Shown: in pieces, positions 29,627-39,782 of the stretch
Numbering within the stretch: the stretch's first letter is position 1
Layout: the number at the start of each line of letters is the position of its first letter
Assembly: GCA_963796455.1 (NCBI GenBank)
Contig: CAWCLO010000001.1
Location: 960,001 to 1,024,000, forward strand
Length of the DNA: 64,000 nt
DNA from: Candidatus Sulfomarinibacteraceae bacterium
GTDB taxonomy: Bacteria > Acidobacteriota > Thermoanaerobaculia > Thermoanaerobaculales > Sulfomarinibacteraceae
Reading direction: 5' to 3'
The notes under the pieces: generated by a model
Databases searched by the model: none
Seen by the model: only the letters and a program-made list of their open reading frames with translations
Told to the model about the DNA's origin: nothing
Made by a program: the position numbers and the translations under genes

Positions 29627-30649
29627 ATGCCTTATTCCCCCGAGCCCGCCGCCGTTTCTGATCCGCCGCCAGCGGGTGTCCTGCTCGTCAACACCGGGTC
29701 ACCGGTCGAAGCAAAAGCGGCAGCGGCACGAGAGTACCTCCGTCAATTCCTTACCGATCCGAGGGTCGTCGAACTGCCCCGCCTCCGATGGTGGTTGCTG
29801 CGAAACCTGATCATCCTCCCCTTCAGGCCCTATCGGACGGCCCGCGCCTACCGCCGAATATGGACCGAGGACGGTTCGCCTCTCGTCGCCACCGGGCGCC
29901 ACCAGGCCGCCGACCTCGAGTGGCAGCTCGGGCAGAGAATCGACCGGCCTGTGCCCGTCTTTACAGGGATGCGCTATGGGAAACCTTCCATAGCCGCGGC
30001 GCTCGGCGTTCTTCGGCGTCGCGGCTGCCGGAGAATTCTCGTGCTCCCCCTCTTTCCGCAGTATTCGGCGACCACCACCGCTTCCGCCTACGACGAGGTA
30101 TTTCGCGAACTTTCGGCTTGGCGGCGGGTTCCCGAACTGCGGACAGTCGGCGACTATCACGACCACCCCGCCTATATCGGTTCGGTGATTTCGAGTATTT
30201 ACGATTTTTGGAAGGACAAAGGCAAACCGCAACGCCTCTTGATCAGCTTCCACGGTCTACCGGTTCGTTATATTGAAAACGGCGACCCTTACGAGGACCA
30301 CTGTCGTGCGACAGCGGCTATCATTTCTTCCCGGCTCGATTTTGATAACAATCGCGTCGAAACCGTCTTCCAGTCTCGCTTTGGCCGCGAGGCGTGGATC
30401 GAACCCTACCTCACCGACGTCCTCCGCCGCTCGGGACGCGAAAGACTGTCGACCCTGGACGTGGTCTGTCCCGGTTTTGCCGCCGACTGTCTGGAGACCC
30501 TCGAGGAGATCGATGTGGCCGGCCGCAAGATCTTCACGAAGGCCGGCGGCGAAGAGCTTCGCTACATCCCCGCACTCGGCCGCCGCCCCGATCACATCAG
30601 TGCGCTGGCCGAGGTGGCGATCGAGCATCTCGGTGGGTGGATCGTCTAA
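29627..30649 (+). CDS. hemH: Ferrochelatase
   Basis: GVLLVNTGSP, FLTDPRVVE, PLFPQYS, SFHGLP, FQSRFG and DCLETLEE motifs. Confidence 0.95.
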   Translation: MPYSPEPAAVSDPPPAGVLLVNTGSPVEAKAAAAREYLRQFLTDPRVVELPRLRWWLLRNLIILPFRPYRTARAYRRIWTEDGSPLVATGRHQAADLEWQLGQRIDRPVPVFTGMRYGKPSIAAALGVLRRRGCRRILVLPLFPQYSATTTASAYDEVFRELSAWRRVPELRTVGDYHDHPAYIGSVISSIYDFWKDKGKPQRLLISFHGLPVRYIENGDPYEDHCRATAAIISSRLDFDNNRVETVFQSRFGREAWIEPYLTDVLRRSGRERLSTLDVVCPGFAADCLETLEEIDVAGRKIFTKAGGEELRYIPALGRRPDHISALAEVAIEHLGGWIV

Positions 30650-30698
30650 GGAGGCGAAGGGCTAAGGGGCTCTAGCCACCGCCGCTTCATCGCGCCTT

Positions 30699-31166
30699 TC
30701 AAAACGCCAGCACGAGCGCGATCATCAAAAAGATGTACACGGTGGTCGTGGCGAGCAGGTACACCAGCAGCCCGTGGCCGATATCGGTTTTGAACAGAAG
30801 CTTGACACCCACTGCCCCACCGAGGACCCCGCCACACGCTGCGATCACCTGCAACAACTCGGGCGGCAGAAAGAACATGACCATCGAGGCGATAAAAACA
30901 ACGACGCCGCCGACGATGCCTCCAAGCAGGACCGCGAGAATCGCGGCGAAGATGCCACCGTCGAGACCGAGCACCTTGGCGAATACAAAAACGCAAAGAA
31001 TATGGCCGATGATGAATCCTGCGGCAAAGATGATCATCGTCACCGTGGTCTTCTCAAAGAATTCCTCTGCCATATCGCTTGCCGATGCCGGCACCGTGAG
31101 AAGGAGCAACCCGACGGCCACTGCGATCGATCTGCAGATCGAAGTACGGCCTGCGACAGAATCCAT
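30699..31166 (-). CDS. Hypothetical membrane protein
   Basis: Signal-like segment followed by about four hydrophobic helices; start placed at MDSVAG. Confidence 0.6.
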   Translation of the reverse strand: MDSVAGRTSICRSIAVAVGLLLLTVPASASDMAEEFFEKTTVTMIIFAAGFIIGHILCVFVFAKVLGLDGGIFAAILAVLLGGIVGGVVVFIASMVMFFLPPELLQVIAACGGVLGGAVGVKLLFKTDIGHGLLVYLLATTTVYIFLMIALVLAF

Positions 31167-31204
31167 TCTGTTTTCGTCGGGCGACCGGAGGGAGAATCTC
31201 ACAA

Positions 31205-32008
31205 TCACAACCGATCGATGATTTCTCGCGCGAAAGCACGGGCCTTCACCTGCGGACCGATGAGTGCCAGCATCGCCGATTCCCCGTCCGCGGTATGAAT
31301 TGGTATCAGGTACAGATGATTGCCCTGGGCACCACCCAGGAGGAGGATTCTGCCGGTCAGTTGCTCGTCCCCCTGTTCGACTGTCCCCCTTCTCACCTCC
31401 GACCAGTCGATTTCGAAGAAATCCAGAATCTTCTCCGCGCCGGCATCCAGCTCCGAGACATCGAGCGGCCTGGCCGGCCATCGATGGAAATAGACGAACA
31501 GTCCCAGTTCGTCCCGATGTTCCAGTCCGACGACCCGGCGGCCTACAAAATGGCCCGCGTACCCGGCTTCGAAACCCTTCGGGGGGTACCTCCCGACGAC
31601 ATGACGATACGCCTGTTCCACGGCACGAGGAGTGGTCGTGACGCTGACCGCAAACCTCCCGAATACCCACAGGATCGCAGCAAATAAAACGATGGCTCCA
31701 AACACCGCGACCGCCAGATTGTCGTCGATCCAACCCCGCAAGGACCTGGGCGGCGGACTCGCCTTGGCGATCCGGCTGGACGACAGAGTCCGGGGGGCAA
31801 CGGACGCAGCCCCGGGCGACGGCGCATCGCCGGCCGCTGCCTCTTCGCCGGCTCTACCGTCAAAGACCACTCCACACCTGACGCAATCCCAGGCGTGATT
31901 GAGCCTCGGTGTGCCGCATTTCGGACAGGTCAGGGGGGTTTCGTTCTCAATCACCCAGGTCTCACTCCGGATCCGGTCTATGTTCTTCCATCTCAAGAAT
32001 ATCACCAA
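31205..32008 (-). CDS. Hypothetical protein with N-terminal zinc ribbon and one TM helix (start uncertain)
   Basis: CPKC...CVRC followed by a low-complexity linker and a TM segment. Confidence 0.6.
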   Translation of the reverse strand: MVIFLRWKNIDRIRSETWVIENETPLTCPKCGTPRLNHAWDCVRCGVVFDGRAGEEAAAGDAPSPGAASVAPRTLSSSRIAKASPPPRSLRGWIDDNLAVAVFGAIVLFAAILWVFGRFAVSVTTTPRAVEQAYRHVVGRYPPKGFEAGYAGHFVGRRVVGLEHRDELGLFVYFHRWPARPLDVSELDAGAEKILDFFEIDWSEVRRGTVEQGDEQLTGRILLLGGAQGNHLYLIPIHTADGESAMLALIGPQVKARAFAREIIDRL

Positions 32009-32097
32009 GTCCCTCTGGATCTTGGTTCTTGGATCTCCACATTAACCAATCAGTCGGCTCCGGGAATACTCATCCCCAATCGACCGCTACACCTCAT

Positions 32098-32994
32098 ATG
32101 AGAATCATCATCTCCGGTGCCAGCGGTCTCGTCGGTTCAGCTCTTGTTCCTTCATTGAAGGCTGCGGGTCACCATGTCGTGCGTCTTGTCAGACCTCCAT
32201 CGAAACCGGGAGTGGGCCAGGCGCCATGGGACCCCCAGGCAGGGATCCTCGATCCAGAGATCCTCTCCGGCGCCGATGCCGTCATCAATCTCAACGGCCA
32301 GAATATTGGCGACCGACGGTGGACACCGGCGGTCAAGGAGGGACTGCGAAAAAGTCGTCTCGACGCCACCCGGACGGTCGTCGATTCGTTCCGCCGCGCA
32401 GCCGATCCTCCGAGAGTCCTGATCAACGCCTCCGCAACGGGTTTCTACGGCGATCGCGGCGAAGAATTGCTTGACGAGAATTCTGAGGCCGGTCGAGGCT
32501 ACCTGTCCGATCTGGCGGGCGACTGGGAAAAGGCGGCGGCGGCAGCTCGCTCCGAGATGACTCGTGTCGTTTCGATCCGACTCGGAATGGTCGTCGCGGC
32601 TGAGGGCGCCCTGAAAAAAATGTTGTTGCCGTTCAAATTGGGTGCCGGCGGTCCGATCGGCAATGGGCGGCAATTCTGGCCGTGGATCGGCATCGACGAT
32701 GTCTGCGGTGCCATCCTCCACATACTCGCGAAGGAGGAGATCTCGGGACCGGTCAATCTCGTCTCGCCCGCGGAGACCCGCTGCAAAGATTTCACGAGCA
32801 CCCTCGGCCGAGTTCTGCGCCGTCCCGCGCTGGTTCCCCTCCCCGCCTTTGCCGCCCGTCTTGCGCTCGGGGAGATGGCGGATGATCTCTTGCTTGCGTC
32901 GACACGTGTACGGCCGGGAGTTCTCGAGCAAAGCGGTTACGCATTCCACTCTCCCGATCTCGAAAAGGCAATTCGAGGCGCGATCGACCGTTGA
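32098..32994 (+). CDS. TIGR01777/YfcH-family NAD-dependent epimerase-like protein
   Basis: SGASGLVG, ASATGFYGD, FKLGAGGPIG.G.Q..PWI and GEMA motifs. Confidence 0.9.
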   Translation: MRIIISGASGLVGSALVPSLKAAGHHVVRLVRPPSKPGVGQAPWDPQAGILDPEILSGADAVINLNGQNIGDRRWTPAVKEGLRKSRLDATRTVVDSFRRAADPPRVLINASATGFYGDRGEELLDENSEAGRGYLSDLAGDWEKAAAAARSEMTRVVSIRLGMVVAAEGALKKMLLPFKLGAGGPIGNGRQFWPWIGIDDVCGAILHILAKEEISGPVNLVSPAETRCKDFTSTLGRVLRRPALVPLPAFAARLALGEMADDLLLASTRVRPGVLEQSGYAFHSPDLEKAIRGAIDR

Positions 32995-33062
32995 TGACGC
33001 GCCGCGCCCTGCCATCTCTCACCAGTTTTATTGGCATGAGAATGAGATTGAAGTAGGATCGC

Positions 33063-33998
33063 ATGATGCGTGCTGTCAATTCTATTCTGGACCTGATCGG
33101 TAACACCCCGCTCGTCCGTCTCGGAGGACTCGAAGACCCCGGTTCCGGCGAAGTCTGGGCCAAGCTCGAAAGCCTCAACCCCGGCTTTTCGGTCAAAGAT
33201 CGTGTCGGTCTGGCGCTCATCCGACAAGCAGAGCTTGATGGGATCCTCGAACCCGGCGGCACAATTGTCGAGGCCACCGCCGGGAACACGGGTCTGGCGT
33301 TGGCGATGGTCGGCCGACGACTCGGATACCGGGTCATCCTGGTAATGCCGGAGCAGTTCTCGATCGAGAAACGGCGACTGATGCGGGCCCTCGGCGGCGA
33401 GGTCATCGTCTCACCATCCAATGAAGGGATTCCCGGCGCCCAGCAACGCGCGCGGGATATTGCTGCAAACACCCCGGGGGCGGTCTACGTCGATCAGTTT
33501 GCCAACCCGGCCAATCCGGATGCCCATGCCGCAACCACCGGGCCCGAAATCTACGAACAGATGGGCGGCCACATCGATGCCCTGGTGGCCGGCTGCGGTT
33601 CGGGAGGCACTTTCTCGGGGACCGCCCGTTTTCTCAAACAGGAGATCCCCCGCCTTTTGGCGGTGGCGGTGGAGCCAAAGGGCTCGATCCTCGGCGGCGG
33701 CGACCCAGGTGAATACGAAGTCGAGGGCATCGGCATGAAAACGCTGCACCCGACCATGGATCTCGACATCGCCGATGAAATCATCAGCGTGCCCGACATC
33801 AGTGCCTTCAGATATGTGCGGCGCCTGGCATCCGATTGCGGAATCCTGGCTGGATCATCCGCAGGTGCAGCGGTGTGGGCCGCAGTCCAGGTCGCACGAA
33901 GGCTCGGCACCGACAAGCGGGTGGTAACGATCGTGCCAGACTCGTCCGAGCGTTATCTTTCGAAAGACGTCTACGACCGATTCCTGGAGGATTCTTGA
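33063..33998 (+). CDS. mccA: Cysteine synthase-family PLP enzyme, probably O-acetylserine-dependent cystathionine beta-synthase
   Basis: NPGFSVKDR, EATAGNTG, PEQFSIEK and GSGGT motifs; coupled to a cystathionine gamma-lyase gene. Confidence 0.75.
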   Translation: MMRAVNSILDLIGNTPLVRLGGLEDPGSGEVWAKLESLNPGFSVKDRVGLALIRQAELDGILEPGGTIVEATAGNTGLALAMVGRRLGYRVILVMPEQFSIEKRRLMRALGGEVIVSPSNEGIPGAQQRARDIAANTPGAVYVDQFANPANPDAHAATTGPEIYEQMGGHIDALVAGCGSGGTFSGTARFLKQEIPRLLAVAVEPKGSILGGGDPGEYEVEGIGMKTLHPTMDLDIADEIISVPDISAFRYVRRLASDCGILAGSSAGAAVWAAVQVARRLGTDKRVVTIVPDSSERYLSKDVYDRFLEDS

Positions 33999-35143
33999 AA
34001 ATCGCCACCACCTGCGTGCACGCCGGCCATCAACCGGATGACGAAACCGGTGCGATCAACGTCCCCATCTACGCCTCCTCGACCTACGCCTACCGGGAGT
34101 TTGGCGAGCACCGAGGTTGGGAGTATTCGCGCACCGGGAACCCGACGCGAAATACCCTCGAACGGGCGATGGCCGAACTCGAGGGTGGGGCCGACGGTAT
34201 TGCCTTCGCCTCCGGGCTCGCCGCCATCGACGCGATCACCGATCTGCTCGAAGCGGGTGATCACATCGTCGCGGCCGACAATCTCTATGGCGGGACCTAT
34301 CGTCTTTTGACCACGACGACCGAAGGCCACGGCATACCCGTCAGTTTTGTCAACGCGGCAGACACCGAGGCCTTCCGAGACGCCTGCTCCGAACGTACCC
34401 GGCTGATATTTGTCGAGACCCCCACCAACCCACTCATGCAACTCGTCGATCTGGCGGCGGTAGCCGCGATCGCCAAGGGTTGCGGCGCCATGTTGGTGGT
34501 GGACAACACTTTTCTCACGCCGGTATTGCAACGACCGATCGATTTCGGCGCCGATCTCGTAGTGCATTCGACCACCAAATATCTCAACGGGCACTCCGAT
34601 GGTGTCGGTGGCGTGGTCGTGACCCGCAACCCCGAACTCGGCGAGCGCCTGCACACGGTCCAGAACAACGTCGGCGCCATCCTCGGGCCCTTCGACGCCT
34701 ATCTGGTCCTGCGTGGTTTGAAGACTCTGGCCATCCGGATGGCAACCCATGAATCCAACGCCCGGAACCTGGCCGGATTCCTGCTCACCCGCAGCGAACT
34801 CGTTTCGCTGCGATACCCCGGCCTCGCCAACCACCCGCAGCACCAACTGGCGCGCCAACAACAATCGGGATTCGGCGGCATGATTTCCTTCGATCTCGGT
34901 TCGCTTGAAAAGGCGCGCGCCTTTTGCAATGCCGTCGAGATCTTCACGCTTGCCGAATCACTCGGCGGTGTGGAGTCTTTGGTATGCCACCCGGCGACGA
35001 TGACCCATGCTTCGGTGCCAACCGAAGAACGGGAACGAATCGGGATCGGCGAAGGCCTGGTCCGGCTGTCGGTTGGTATCGAGCATGCGAGTGATCTCGA
35101 GGTGGATCTCACCCGCGCCCTCGACGCCGCCGCTCAGTTTTGA
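33995..35143 (+). CDS. mccB: Cystathionine gamma-lyase/synthase
   Basis: YSRTGNPT, ETPTNP, DNTF, HSTTKYLNGHSD and AESLGGVESL motifs; TTG start overlaps the upstream stop. Confidence 0.8.
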   Translation: MKIATTCVHAGHQPDDETGAINVPIYASSTYAYREFGEHRGWEYSRTGNPTRNTLERAMAELEGGADGIAFASGLAAIDAITDLLEAGDHIVAADNLYGGTYRLLTTTTEGHGIPVSFVNAADTEAFRDACSERTRLIFVETPTNPLMQLVDLAAVAAIAKGCGAMLVVDNTFLTPVLQRPIDFGADLVVHSTTKYLNGHSDGVGGVVVTRNPELGERLHTVQNNVGAILGPFDAYLVLRGLKTLAIRMATHESNARNLAGFLLTRSELVSLRYPGLANHPQHQLARQQQSGFGGMISFDLGSLEKARAFCNAVEIFTLAESLGGVESLVCHPATMTHASVPTEERERIGIGEGLVRLSVGIEHASDLEVDLTRALDAAAQF

Positions 35144-35232
35144 GTTATGAGTTTTGAGTTATGAGTTGAGAACCCGATATTTGGGTGGCGACTGGTAACT
35201 CAAAACTCAAAACTCAACTCTCAAAACTCAAA
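35136..35232. repeat. Inverted heptamer arms (TTTTGAG)n...(CTCAAAA)n with ~26-bp spacer
   Basis: Directly visible between convergent genes; the left arm contains the TGA stop of the upstream gene. Confidence 0.92.
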
Positions 35233-35249
35233 CCTCGGCCCGGGAGCCT

Positions 35250-36479
35250 CTAGCCTGCCAATGCTTCCACGGGCGTGAGCCGCGCCGCCTTGAGCGACGG
35301 ATAAAAGCCCGCGACGATCCCGATGCTGATGGCGAATATGACCGCCAACCCGACCGCGAACCCGGAGATCGGCAACCCGGCCTCGAAGAACTGGCCGGCA
35401 AAGGCGCACAGCACCACCGCCACACCAAAACCGATGACCGCGCCTACCGCGGATAAAAAGACCGCTTCGACGAGGAATTGGAGCAGGATGTCGCGGTCTT
35501 CAGCGCCGATCGATTTGCGGAGACCGATCTCGTAAAGTCTCTCCGCCAGGGATATCTGGAGGACCGAAAAAATACCGACGCCACCGACAACCAGCGAGAT
35601 CGCGGAAATCGAAAAGAGGATGATCGTCCAGCCTCGCATCATGACGTCGATCTCTTCTTCGGCCTGGAGGATCTCGGCCGCCACGTTTTCGACCTCGAAA
35701 TCCTCCACCCGGTTGTGTTGCCGCCACAGCCTGTTCTTGAGGTGGGCAAAAAGCTCCGCGAGATTGTCGGTGTTGGCCGCCTTGACCATCATCATCGGCA
35801 CTTTCTCGCCGCTTCCGTAGAGCCCCTGCATGGTCGTCAGGGGTATGGTCGCCCCCTCCATCTCACGCCGGCTCCAACCGTCGTTGATCATCTCGTTGCC
35901 GATCCGTTCGCCGACACCGATGACCTCGAAACGGTGATCTCCGATGCGCACCCACTGGCCGACCCCATCGCTACTGCCAAAGAGGTCTTCAGCAAGGAAG
36001 TGGCCGAGGACCACCACTCTCCGCCGGCGCTCGATATCGAGGTCGGCGATGTAGCGGCCCGCTTCCGTCCGGCGATCAAAGACCACCGCATAATCCGGAG
36101 TCGTCCCGGTGATTCGCACCGATTGACTGGCGTCACCCCACGCGATCACCTGCTGGCCGAATGCCACGGGAGCCGCCGACGTCACCTGGTCGGTCGCAGC
36201 AACCAGCGACGCGGCGTCCTCACGCCGCAGACCTTCGGAAAGGTGGGAGCGTTTGATATCGAGGTTGGAGGTCGGGTCTTCGGCGCTGACGAAGAGGACC
36301 CCACGCAGACCGAGGGAATCGATGCCGCTCCAGATCTCGACCTTGATGGCCTCGATCAGGCTGACCATGGTGACTACAGCCATCGTTCCGAGGACGACTC
36401 CGAAGAGGGTCAGGAGCGAACGCATCTTGTGCGCCCAGACCTCGGTGATGGTGGTTCTCAGGGATTCGCCGATATACAT
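35250..36479 (-). CDS. MacB/FtsX-type ABC permease
   Basis: RSLLTLFGVVLG; SLVVGGVGI...ERLYEIGLRKSIGA...QFLVEA. Confidence 0.92.
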   Translation of the reverse strand: MYIGESLRTTITEVWAHKMRSLLTLFGVVLGTMAVVTMVSLIEAIKVEIWSGIDSLGLRGVLFVSAEDPTSNLDIKRSHLSEGLRREDAASLVAATDQVTSAAPVAFGQQVIAWGDASQSVRITGTTPDYAVVFDRRTEAGRYIADLDIERRRRVVVLGHFLAEDLFGSSDGVGQWVRIGDHRFEVIGVGERIGNEMINDGWSRREMEGATIPLTTMQGLYGSGEKVPMMMVKAANTDNLAELFAHLKNRLWRQHNRVEDFEVENVAAEILQAEEEIDVMMRGWTIILFSISAISLVVGGVGIFSVLQISLAERLYEIGLRKSIGAEDRDILLQFLVEAVFLSAVGAVIGFGVAVVLCAFAGQFFEAGLPISGFAVGLAVIFAISIGIVAGFYPSLKAARLTPVEALAG

Positions 36480-36486
36480 CAGATCC

Positions 36487-37719
36487 TCATTCGTATCGCA
36501 GCGCGACGACCGGGTCGAGCCTCGACGCCTTGACTGCGGGATAAAGGCCGAAAACCAAACCAACCACGGTCGCGGATGCCACCGAGACCAGCACCATCGA
36601 TGGGGTGATCGTCATTTCCATCTGCATGATGCTCATGATTCCGAAGGTAAAAACGATACCGAGCGCGAGACCCGCGGCACCGCCACAGACCGTGACCACG
36701 ATGGCCTCGATCAGGACCTGGACAAAGACCTGCCAGCCGGTGGCCCCGAGCGCCTTACGAACACCCACTTCGCGCATCCGTTCGGTGAAGGAGGCGAGCA
36801 TGATGTTGGTGATCACGATGCCGCCCACCAGCAGGGAGATCACGCCGCAGGCCAGAAACGTGAAGTTGTAAACCATATCCTCCTGGGCACCCTGTTCGAG
36901 CCTTTCCTGGCGGTCCCAGATTCCAAAGTCCTCGATCCCGTGCCGCGCCCTCAGCAACATTTCCAGGGCCTCGCGAGACTCCTTGTGCACCTCGGCCGAG
37001 TGGAGCCGCAAATTGAGCTCGTCGATCCGTTCGGCGCCCGGTTCCTGGTGGCGCTTCATGTAGGAGGTGATCGGCACGGTGACAAGCCGGTTGAGCCACT
37101 CGTGCGCGTTGTAACTGTCCGACTCCTGCCAGAAGAAAATCTTTTCCGCGGTCACACCGACCACCGTGTAGGCCTTGCCATCAATGTTCAGTGCCTTGCC
37201 CACCGGATCGGCGGTGCCGAAGAGCTCCCGGGCCCGGGTCGATCCGAGCACCACGACCGCGGCGGCCGTATCGAGATCATGATCGGTGATATAGCGTCCG
37301 CTGCCCATGGTCAGTTCGCGCATCTGTTTGAATTGCGGTTCAATGGCGGTCACGCGGAAGGTCTCTTCGGTTGCGCCCGCCCGCATCCGGTGGCTCCGGG
37401 AGATCTCGGCCACTACCAGATCGAAGCCGTCAATGGTTTCTCGAATGGCCTCGGCGTCCTCGAGTTTGAGCCCCGTCCTCGCCTTCTGGCGCGCCGTCAT
37501 CTCGAGCTCACCCGGTGGCTGGTTGTAAATCCCCATGAGACGGGTTCCACCGGATTCGCGAAAATACTGGTCCCGCCGGGCATCCATGCTCGCGGTCATA
37601 CCCAGGGTGGCTACCACCGAGGCCACCCCTAGAATCACACCGAGGGTCTGGAGCACCGTGCGACCAATGTGCTCGCGGATCTCGACGAAGCCCTCGCGGA
37701 TGAAGCCGATCGGGTTCAT
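36487..37719 (-). CDS. MacB/FtsX-type ABC permease
   Basis: SLLVGGIVITNIML...ERMREVGVRKALGA; PAVKASRLDPVVALRYE. Confidence 0.92.
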   Translation of the reverse strand: MNPIGFIREGFVEIREHIGRTVLQTLGVILGVASVVATLGMTASMDARRDQYFRESGGTRLMGIYNQPPGELEMTARQKARTGLKLEDAEAIRETIDGFDLVVAEISRSHRMRAGATEETFRVTAIEPQFKQMRELTMGSGRYITDHDLDTAAAVVVLGSTRARELFGTADPVGKALNIDGKAYTVVGVTAEKIFFWQESDSYNAHEWLNRLVTVPITSYMKRHQEPGAERIDELNLRLHSAEVHKESREALEMLLRARHGIEDFGIWDRQERLEQGAQEDMVYNFTFLACGVISLLVGGIVITNIMLASFTERMREVGVRKALGATGWQVFVQVLIEAIVVTVCGGAAGLALGIVFTFGIMSIMQMEMTITPSMVLVSVASATVVGLVFGLYPAVKASRLDPVVALRYE

Positions 37720-38408
37720 GCGGCCACTCTCTCGCTCTCGTTCAGAACCTGACCATCGACGATCCGGATCGTCCGTCGTGCACGGGCGGCGATGGACGGA
37801 TCGTGGGTCACCATGATCAGCGTCTGGCCGCCGGCCCGCAGCTCATCGAAGAGGGCCAGAATCTCGCCGCCGGTCTGTTGATCGAGGTTGCCGGTCGGTT
37901 CGTCGGCCATGATGACCGATGGGCGGCCGACGATCGCCCGCGCGATCGCACCACGCTGCCTCTGACCACCTGAAAGCTCGTTCGGACGATGTCGTCCACG
38001 ATCTCCGAGCCCGACCTTCGCCAGAGCCTCAAGTGCGAGCTGACGCCGTTCCGCCCGACCCACCCCGCCGTAGAGCAGGGGCAGTTCCACGTTTCGCAGC
38101 AGGCTCGCCTTGGGCAGAAGGTTGAAGTTCTGAAAAATGAACCCGATCTTGCGGTTGCGAAGATGGGCCAACTTGCGGCGAGAAAAACCCGAGACCTCTT
38201 CGCCGTCGAGCTTGTAAGAGCCACCGGAGGGTGTGTCCAGAAGCCCGAGAATGTGCATCAGGGTGGACTTTCCGGAGCCCGATGGCCCCATCACCGCCAG
38301 GTAGTCGCCCGCACCCACCACGAGGTTGATGCCTTTGAGCGCCTCCACCGACAGGTCTCCGCTCCCATAAACCTTCGTGATGCCATCAAGTTGCATCAGG
38401 GGTTGCAT
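37716..38408 (-). CDS. ABC transporter ATP-binding protein (MacB/LolD-like)
   Basis: GPSGSGKST, LSGGQRQR, ADEPTGNLD and VTHD motifs. Confidence 0.95.
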   Translation of the reverse strand: MQPLMQLDGITKVYGSGDLSVEALKGINLVVGAGDYLAVMGPSGSGKSTLMHILGLLDTPSGGSYKLDGEEVSGFSRRKLAHLRNRKIGFIFQNFNLLPKASLLRNVELPLLYGGVGRAERRQLALEALAKVGLGDRGRHRPNELSGGQRQRGAIARAIVGRPSVIMADEPTGNLDQQTGGEILALFDELRAGGQTLIMVTHDPSIAARARRTIRIVDGQVLNESERVAA

Positions 38409-39661
38409 CAGGACCTCTCCTCCTGCGGCTTGCTGGGATCGGCCAGCGCCACCTTTTCGCCCTCTTCGATGCCCTCGACAATCTCCACCTCGGCGGTGGA
38501 GGCGATGCCGGTCACGACTCTGCGCTCCTCGAACCACCGCCGCCACTCCTGGCGTGGATCGTCCCGCCACGGTTCGTCTCCGCGGGCACCGGCATCAGCG
38601 ATTCCCGATGCGTTCGCATCTTCCGCGTCGTCTCCCTCTTCGCTCAACTCGACGGGGAGTGGTTCATCACGAAGCACGTAGACCATCTCCTCGTCACCAC
38701 GCAGAAAGACCGACTCCACGGGGATCGCAAGAACCTGTTCGCGGATCTCGCCGCGGATCTCGAGGTTGGCGGTCATGCCGGTCCTCAGTTCGTGGCCGAT
38801 CACCGCGAGGGAGATTTCCACATCGAAGACCTTGATCTGGTTGTCGAGTCGTGCCGCCGGCGCGATCCGGCTGATGGTCCCGTCAAAAAGAACCCGCGGG
38901 AAAGCATCGAGGGTCACCCGGGCGGTCTGGCCGAGGTGGATCTTGCCGATATCGACCTCGTTGATACCGGCCTTAACCAGCATCGTCCCGAGATCGGCGA
39001 CTGTGGAAATCACCGTGCCCGCGTTGAAAGACCCGCTGCCGGTCACGGTCTCACCAAGCTCCACGGGGCGTTCGATGACGACGCCGTCCATCGGAGAAAC
39101 GATATTCACGACCTGCCGGGGATTATCGCCAACCGGGATCCCGGATGCCTCGACCAGGCCGATCTGGTCCTGCGCTTCTTCCTGCGCCTGTACGGCCTGA
39201 CGATAACGGGTCTCCGCCTCACGGTTGACCTCGACCGAGATCAGACCGTTTTCGAAGAGCTTCCGTTTGGCGTCGTAGTCCTGCTTGGCATCTTCGAGAT
39301 CGATTGATGAGGCCTCCACCTGATTGCGGACCGACAGCAGGTTTTGCGCCTGATTGATATCGGGCTCGATCCGGGCGATGAGCTGGCCCTTCTTGACCAC
39401 GTCACCGGCTCGAATCGGCAGATCCACGACCCGGCCCGAAAGGTTGGATTTGATCTCGACCTTGACCTCGGGCTCGACCGTGCCGACCTCACGGACAATG
39501 ACCTGGACATCATCGATGCCTGCGGCCAGAGTCGGAATCTCGGGAGCCTCTTCTTCGTCGCCGTTTCCGTTGCCCTTGTTGATCGATGCGTAAGCCACCG
39601 CCGCAACGGTAATGAGCAACACGGCGATGATCACAAACCAGCGTTTTCGTTTCGGAGCCAT
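38408..39661 (-). CDS. Efflux periplasmic adaptor subunit (MacA-like)
   Basis: N-terminal TM, lipoyl/barrel-sandwich segments (GDVVKKGQ, SPMDGVV), coiled coil. Confidence 0.9.
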   Translation of the reverse strand: MAPKRKRWFVIIAVLLITVAAVAYASINKGNGNGDEEEAPEIPTLAAGIDDVQVIVREVGTVEPEVKVEIKSNLSGRVVDLPIRAGDVVKKGQLIARIEPDINQAQNLLSVRNQVEASSIDLEDAKQDYDAKRKLFENGLISVEVNREAETRYRQAVQAQEEAQDQIGLVEASGIPVGDNPRQVVNIVSPMDGVVIERPVELGETVTGSGSFNAGTVISTVADLGTMLVKAGINEVDIGKIHLGQTARVTLDAFPRVLFDGTISRIAPAARLDNQIKVFDVEISLAVIGHELRTGMTANLEIRGEIREQVLAIPVESVFLRGDEEMVYVLRDEPLPVELSEEGDDAEDANASGIADAGARGDEPWRDDPRQEWRRWFEERRVVTGIASTAEVEIVEGIEEGEKVALADPSKPQEERS

Positions 39662-39782
39662 CGGGTCCTCCCTCACTCAGAACAAACGACTCGATTCGCC
39701 CTTCATTACGTCGGAACGAGGAGAAATGTTCGCACCGGCACGGAAGTATCGAACCAATCGCAAGTTATCGATGTTGGATCAA

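Noticed and set aside
36253..37632. Long antisense ORFs (also 7376-8659, 11063-12184, 20921-22090, 48542-49648, 50414-51763, 62565-63668)
   Set aside because: Shadows of well-supported genes on the opposite strand, as expected in GC-rich DNA.
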